From: Lama guanicoe
Lineage: Eukaryota
Assembly (NCBI GenBank): GCA_013239625.1
Contig: MU054391.1
Location: 3,563,130-3,627,129, forward strand
DNA: 64,000 nt
Direction: 5' to 3'
Part shown: in pieces, positions 60,491 to 64,000 of the stretch
Numbering within the stretch: position 1 is the first letter of the stretch
Layout of the letters: each line of letters begins with the position of its first letter
Position numbers and translations under genes: made by a program
Notes under the pieces: generated by a model
The model's input: the letters and a program-made list of their open reading frames with translations, nothing else
The model's database searches: none
Told to the model about the DNA's origin: nothing

Positions 60491-62522
60491 TATTTTTGGT
60501 CCAAAACCTTACTTCATATCAGCACAAATAAAATCATAGCAACAATGATTAACCAAACTTTATGTTGCTGCACTGCAGGCACTCCCAGGCTGTCTCCTGG
60601 AACAGCCCTCTCTAAGGACCTTCAGGTTTTACGGAGTCATATCAGGGGTGTAAAACAAAGCAAAACAAAAATTCTAGTCTGTTGCCAATAGTTACTAGTG
60701 GGAAAATCAAAATTTCAGAATCAATAGACTTTGTGCTACATATTTTGAAAGGCAAAATAAAGTTTTCCTCCACCCCAAAAAATCATAATGGCTTACTTCT
60801 TGAACAAATACAACCCTTTAACACCATATGTCCCTTAGTTTTCCTGACTATTGTGAGATTCCTTGTTTTTGAGTATATATTTAATCTATTTTTATATTTG
60901 TGTCATCAGATCTTCCTTTTGAATTGCCTCTCTGAAGCTTGCTTAGTTCTTTCCCTCTGGATTAGAAAGCAGTTCCCGGAAGGGGTGGGTGGTGGCGGCG
61001 AGCTCTTTTGTGATGCTCAGGTATGAAAGGAGATTGATGGGTTTAAACAGGAGACTTAGTACCACCTAGCTCCGGCTGGTGGCACTTTCCACACATCTCT
61101 CCTGCATCAGACTCTTGAGAAAATAGTCATAGTTATAATCTAGCGTCTAGGGGCTGTGGCCTTTCTCCGCACCATTGCCCACATCTGGCTGCCATGTTAC
61201 TTCTCCCACCTCTGATTCCCTTAAACTGGTGTCTGAGGATGCTTGGGCTCCTAGAAGGAGACGTTCTCTCCACAGCTAACTCCCGTGATGTCCGTAACCC
61301 GCATCCCCAACAAGGATGGCATCTCTAAGGCTCCAGAATGACCATCCCTGGAGGTGCCAGAGACATGTTGGTTCCATGTGGAAGCGGGAAGAGGACCCTT
61401 CCTGAAGCTTCTCACTCCCCACAACACACTGGGCATCCCCTACAATTCAGAAACCTCTGACCTTTGTGACATCATGCTGACCTAGGTACGTGAGAGCACC
61501 TTACTCCTTGTGGGAGGCAGCCTGCGGAGGCGGCAAAAGTACTCTGAGAAGAGACACACGTCATGGTTCCCAAAACAGCTCCATCACCCACTCTTCGCAG
61601 GTTTGGCAAATAACCGCTGCTAGGGTTTTATTTTTATAATCTGAGAAAAGGGATCCAGAGTCCCATGATCTACGCCCTGCCTGTATCTGAGGACTGTTAT
61701 GCTGTTCTGAGAGTCCAGCGAGGGAGTAAGTGCAGAGGTACCCTGTCTACTTGAGACATGCCAGACCCTGCAGAGGAAACTGCCAGGTATATACCCTTTG
61801 CATCTCCATTAAATATTTACAGGACATCCCCCAGGCTTTCAAAGCGAGCCTCTTTAAAGCGTACCGTGAATGCAGGATTGCTATCTAATGCATTCAGTAT
61901 TCAGAATGTGTGTTTTATTATTGATAACTTCTATATACAGTCACCTGGGTTAGTGATGCTGGTCTCTGGCAGTTCCTAAGCTAAAGATCACAGGTATTCT
62001 TTCACTCAGCTCTCCCATCCCATCCCTGGTGTAGTTCAACGCACAGCTTGGCCTTCAATTCAGTGCTTTTTGATTATGGGAAAGATGTCTTTTTCTCAGT
62101 TCTAACCCTGCTCAGATAATAAATGACGCCAAACCACAGACACCAGTAAATCCCTGATTAATGGAATTACACATCGCTTTCCATCCCGGCACTTGGAGAC
62201 CAGTGGCAATATGCATAATGACATGCCACATGCTTCAAATATTATCGAGATGCCTGGCAAAGATTATTTATTGCCTATGGGAGGAATCCGTCAGTGGGAA
62301 GGGACAGCATCCTGTCCGCGCTAGCTCCCACATTCCCTGGGAAATGATCTTGTGTGTGAGGAGTTGGAGCATGTATTTTCTCCTGGCTGGCCAGCTTCTT
62401 GTCTGTTGTTACCTATCTTTTTTTTTTTTTTTTTTAGCTCATTAACCATAGAGTAACTCAAGGTCAATCAGACTTACTGGCCTTCATCATGTGGATGAAC
62501 TGTTAAGGATTTTCCCTAAGCA

Positions 62523-62683
62523 TGTACTGAGTCCAGATTCATTCTGAATGTCACATGACAGACCAATAAATCAGGGATGAGGTTTTGGGGAAGGAATAAC
62601 GACTTTATTCAGAAAGCCAGCAGATCGAGGAGATGGGGGACTAATGTCCTGGAGAATCATCTTGCCCAAATCAGATTTCAGGC
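62523..62683 (-). mobile_element. Truncated ERV1-like LTR fragment
   Basis: 'gacagaccaataaatcagggatgaggttttggggaaggaataacgactttattcagaaagccagcaga...catcttgcccaaatcagatttcaggc' resembles a recalled cetartiodactyl LTR 3' end; minus-strand AATAAA present. Confidence 0.6.
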
Positions 62684-62699
62684 AGAAAAACCATTAACT

Positions 62700-62960
62700 G
62701 GCTTTCAAATGGTTGGAGAAGTGTGCTCTGACCTAGGGTGCTGGTAGACAGGGGAAGGGGAAGGAGTTCAGCCAAGCCCCAGCCGTGTGGAGACTGGTTG
62801 AGGAGAGGACGACGGCAGAGAGAAGAATCTAGGATGACGGCCAGATGGTGGGCTGGGATGAAGCGCCCTGAGCACAGCAGTGCAGGACAGATGGGCAGGG
62901 CTGGCTACGCAGGCGTGTGCGAGGCAAGGGGGCGCTTGAACTTGGAGCTGGCTGAGACCA
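62700..62960 (-). mobile_element. L2 LINE fragment
   Basis: Purine-rich 'ggagactggttgagg...gagagaagaatctaggatgacggccagatg...tgaacttggagc'. Confidence 0.4.
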
Positions 62961-64000
62961 CGAGGGGCTGAACTGATGTGGAACCATCCGTGGGACTTCT
63001 AGCCTTTGCGCTTGCAGAGCAGACCAGTGTTCACTGCGCAGCAGTGGACTTCCGTCTGGCCAGTGTGTTACCAGCCTCGCCACACGATGTACACAAGCAC
63101 AGACCAAGGACAAACCAGCAGCACGCTTTGCAAAATTAACTGAGGATCATGAATTCAAAGGAACACATCAGCTCGTTCGCAGAATGGAGAAGCTTATTGA
63201 TACCTGTTTTGGGGTGAGATTAACCCCACTTTGGCAGGCGCTCTGTATTGTCCCACCTTATTAGCTCTTGGATTCCAAAGGAAATCCCACACCCAAAGTT
63301 CTAGCAGCCAATCCAGGGAGAAGGCAGATAAGTAAAGAGTAGGAAGTTCAGACTTATGAGGAGACCCTTGTAGACCTAGGATGAGCTGGGGGGAAACTCA
63401 GTGTGTTAGTTTCCAGGGAGAGAGGACTGAGCTAGTCCTCAGGGCAACTTTGAGCAAAAAGTGAAGATGCGTTTGGAGCACTGCGTTACCTAAGGCACCA
63501 GATAAGGGGTTCAGACATGGAGAGAGGGCACAGCGGGAAGTGAGCACACAGCCTACACCAGGAGCTTGCAGGGAAGCACTCGGAGCACTTGTAATCACAG
63601 CATTTGCAATAAGGCATGCTAAATGTCACATGCCGTGTGCTTTGGACTGTGGTTTCTGCCTCTTGTTTCTCTGTAAATCCAGCCCTTTCTGATTTTTAGT
63701 TTGTAGAGTTCTTCAAACTTCTGGGCAATCCAAAATGAAAGACAATTCTTTCTTACTTTTTAGCACTAATCTATTATTTTTAAAACACCACATTTTTGCT
63801 ATTTTGAAAGGTTTGGGGTGGGAGAGTGGGAGAGAGTTGGCCATGTGTATTGTCTCCCGTCTTGATCCAGTCTCCTACGTAATTGGATGGTCCTTGGGTT
63901 CTAATGTGTTAGTATACCTGGGGCCCCCTGGAGACAGGGCATTAACGCAAAGAAAGGTACTAATGGTGGTGATTTCTAATGCATTGGAGGTACATTGAGG

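Noticed and set aside
1..64000. CRISPR array, operon, NUMT, viral coding insert or processed host pseudogene
   Set aside because: No repeat-spacer array, no gene-dense segment and no recognisable non-L1 protein homology seen; very diverged remnants cannot be excluded without a search.

Overview
Mammalian nuclear DNA, most likely camelid (camel, llama or alpaca), judged from a tRNA-derived SINE of the Vic-1 type at about 49.66-49.79 kb and artiodactyl-type L1 3' ends. I find no protein-coding host gene, RNA gene or prokaryotic system; the window reads as intergenic or intronic sequence rich in interspersed repeats (L1 of several ages, L2, MIR, L3/CR1, MaLR and ERV1 LTRs, hAT DNA transposons, microsatellites). 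The only ORFs with recognisable products are decayed L1 ORF1/ORF2 pieces. The most notable item is a young, TSD-flanked 3.06 kb L1 (10152-13209, minus strand) that keeps its whole 5'UTR, all of ORF1 and the 3' end but lacks nearly all of ORF2, a 'half-L1'-like structure. Other points: strong AT-to-GC substitution bias in an L1 copy next to a gene-less CpG-rich patch (36.5-38.1 kb), an apparent micro-inversion inside an old L1, and several atypical L1 insertions. Repeat subfamily names come from recalled consensus sequences rather than a search, and boundaries of old repeats are approximate.
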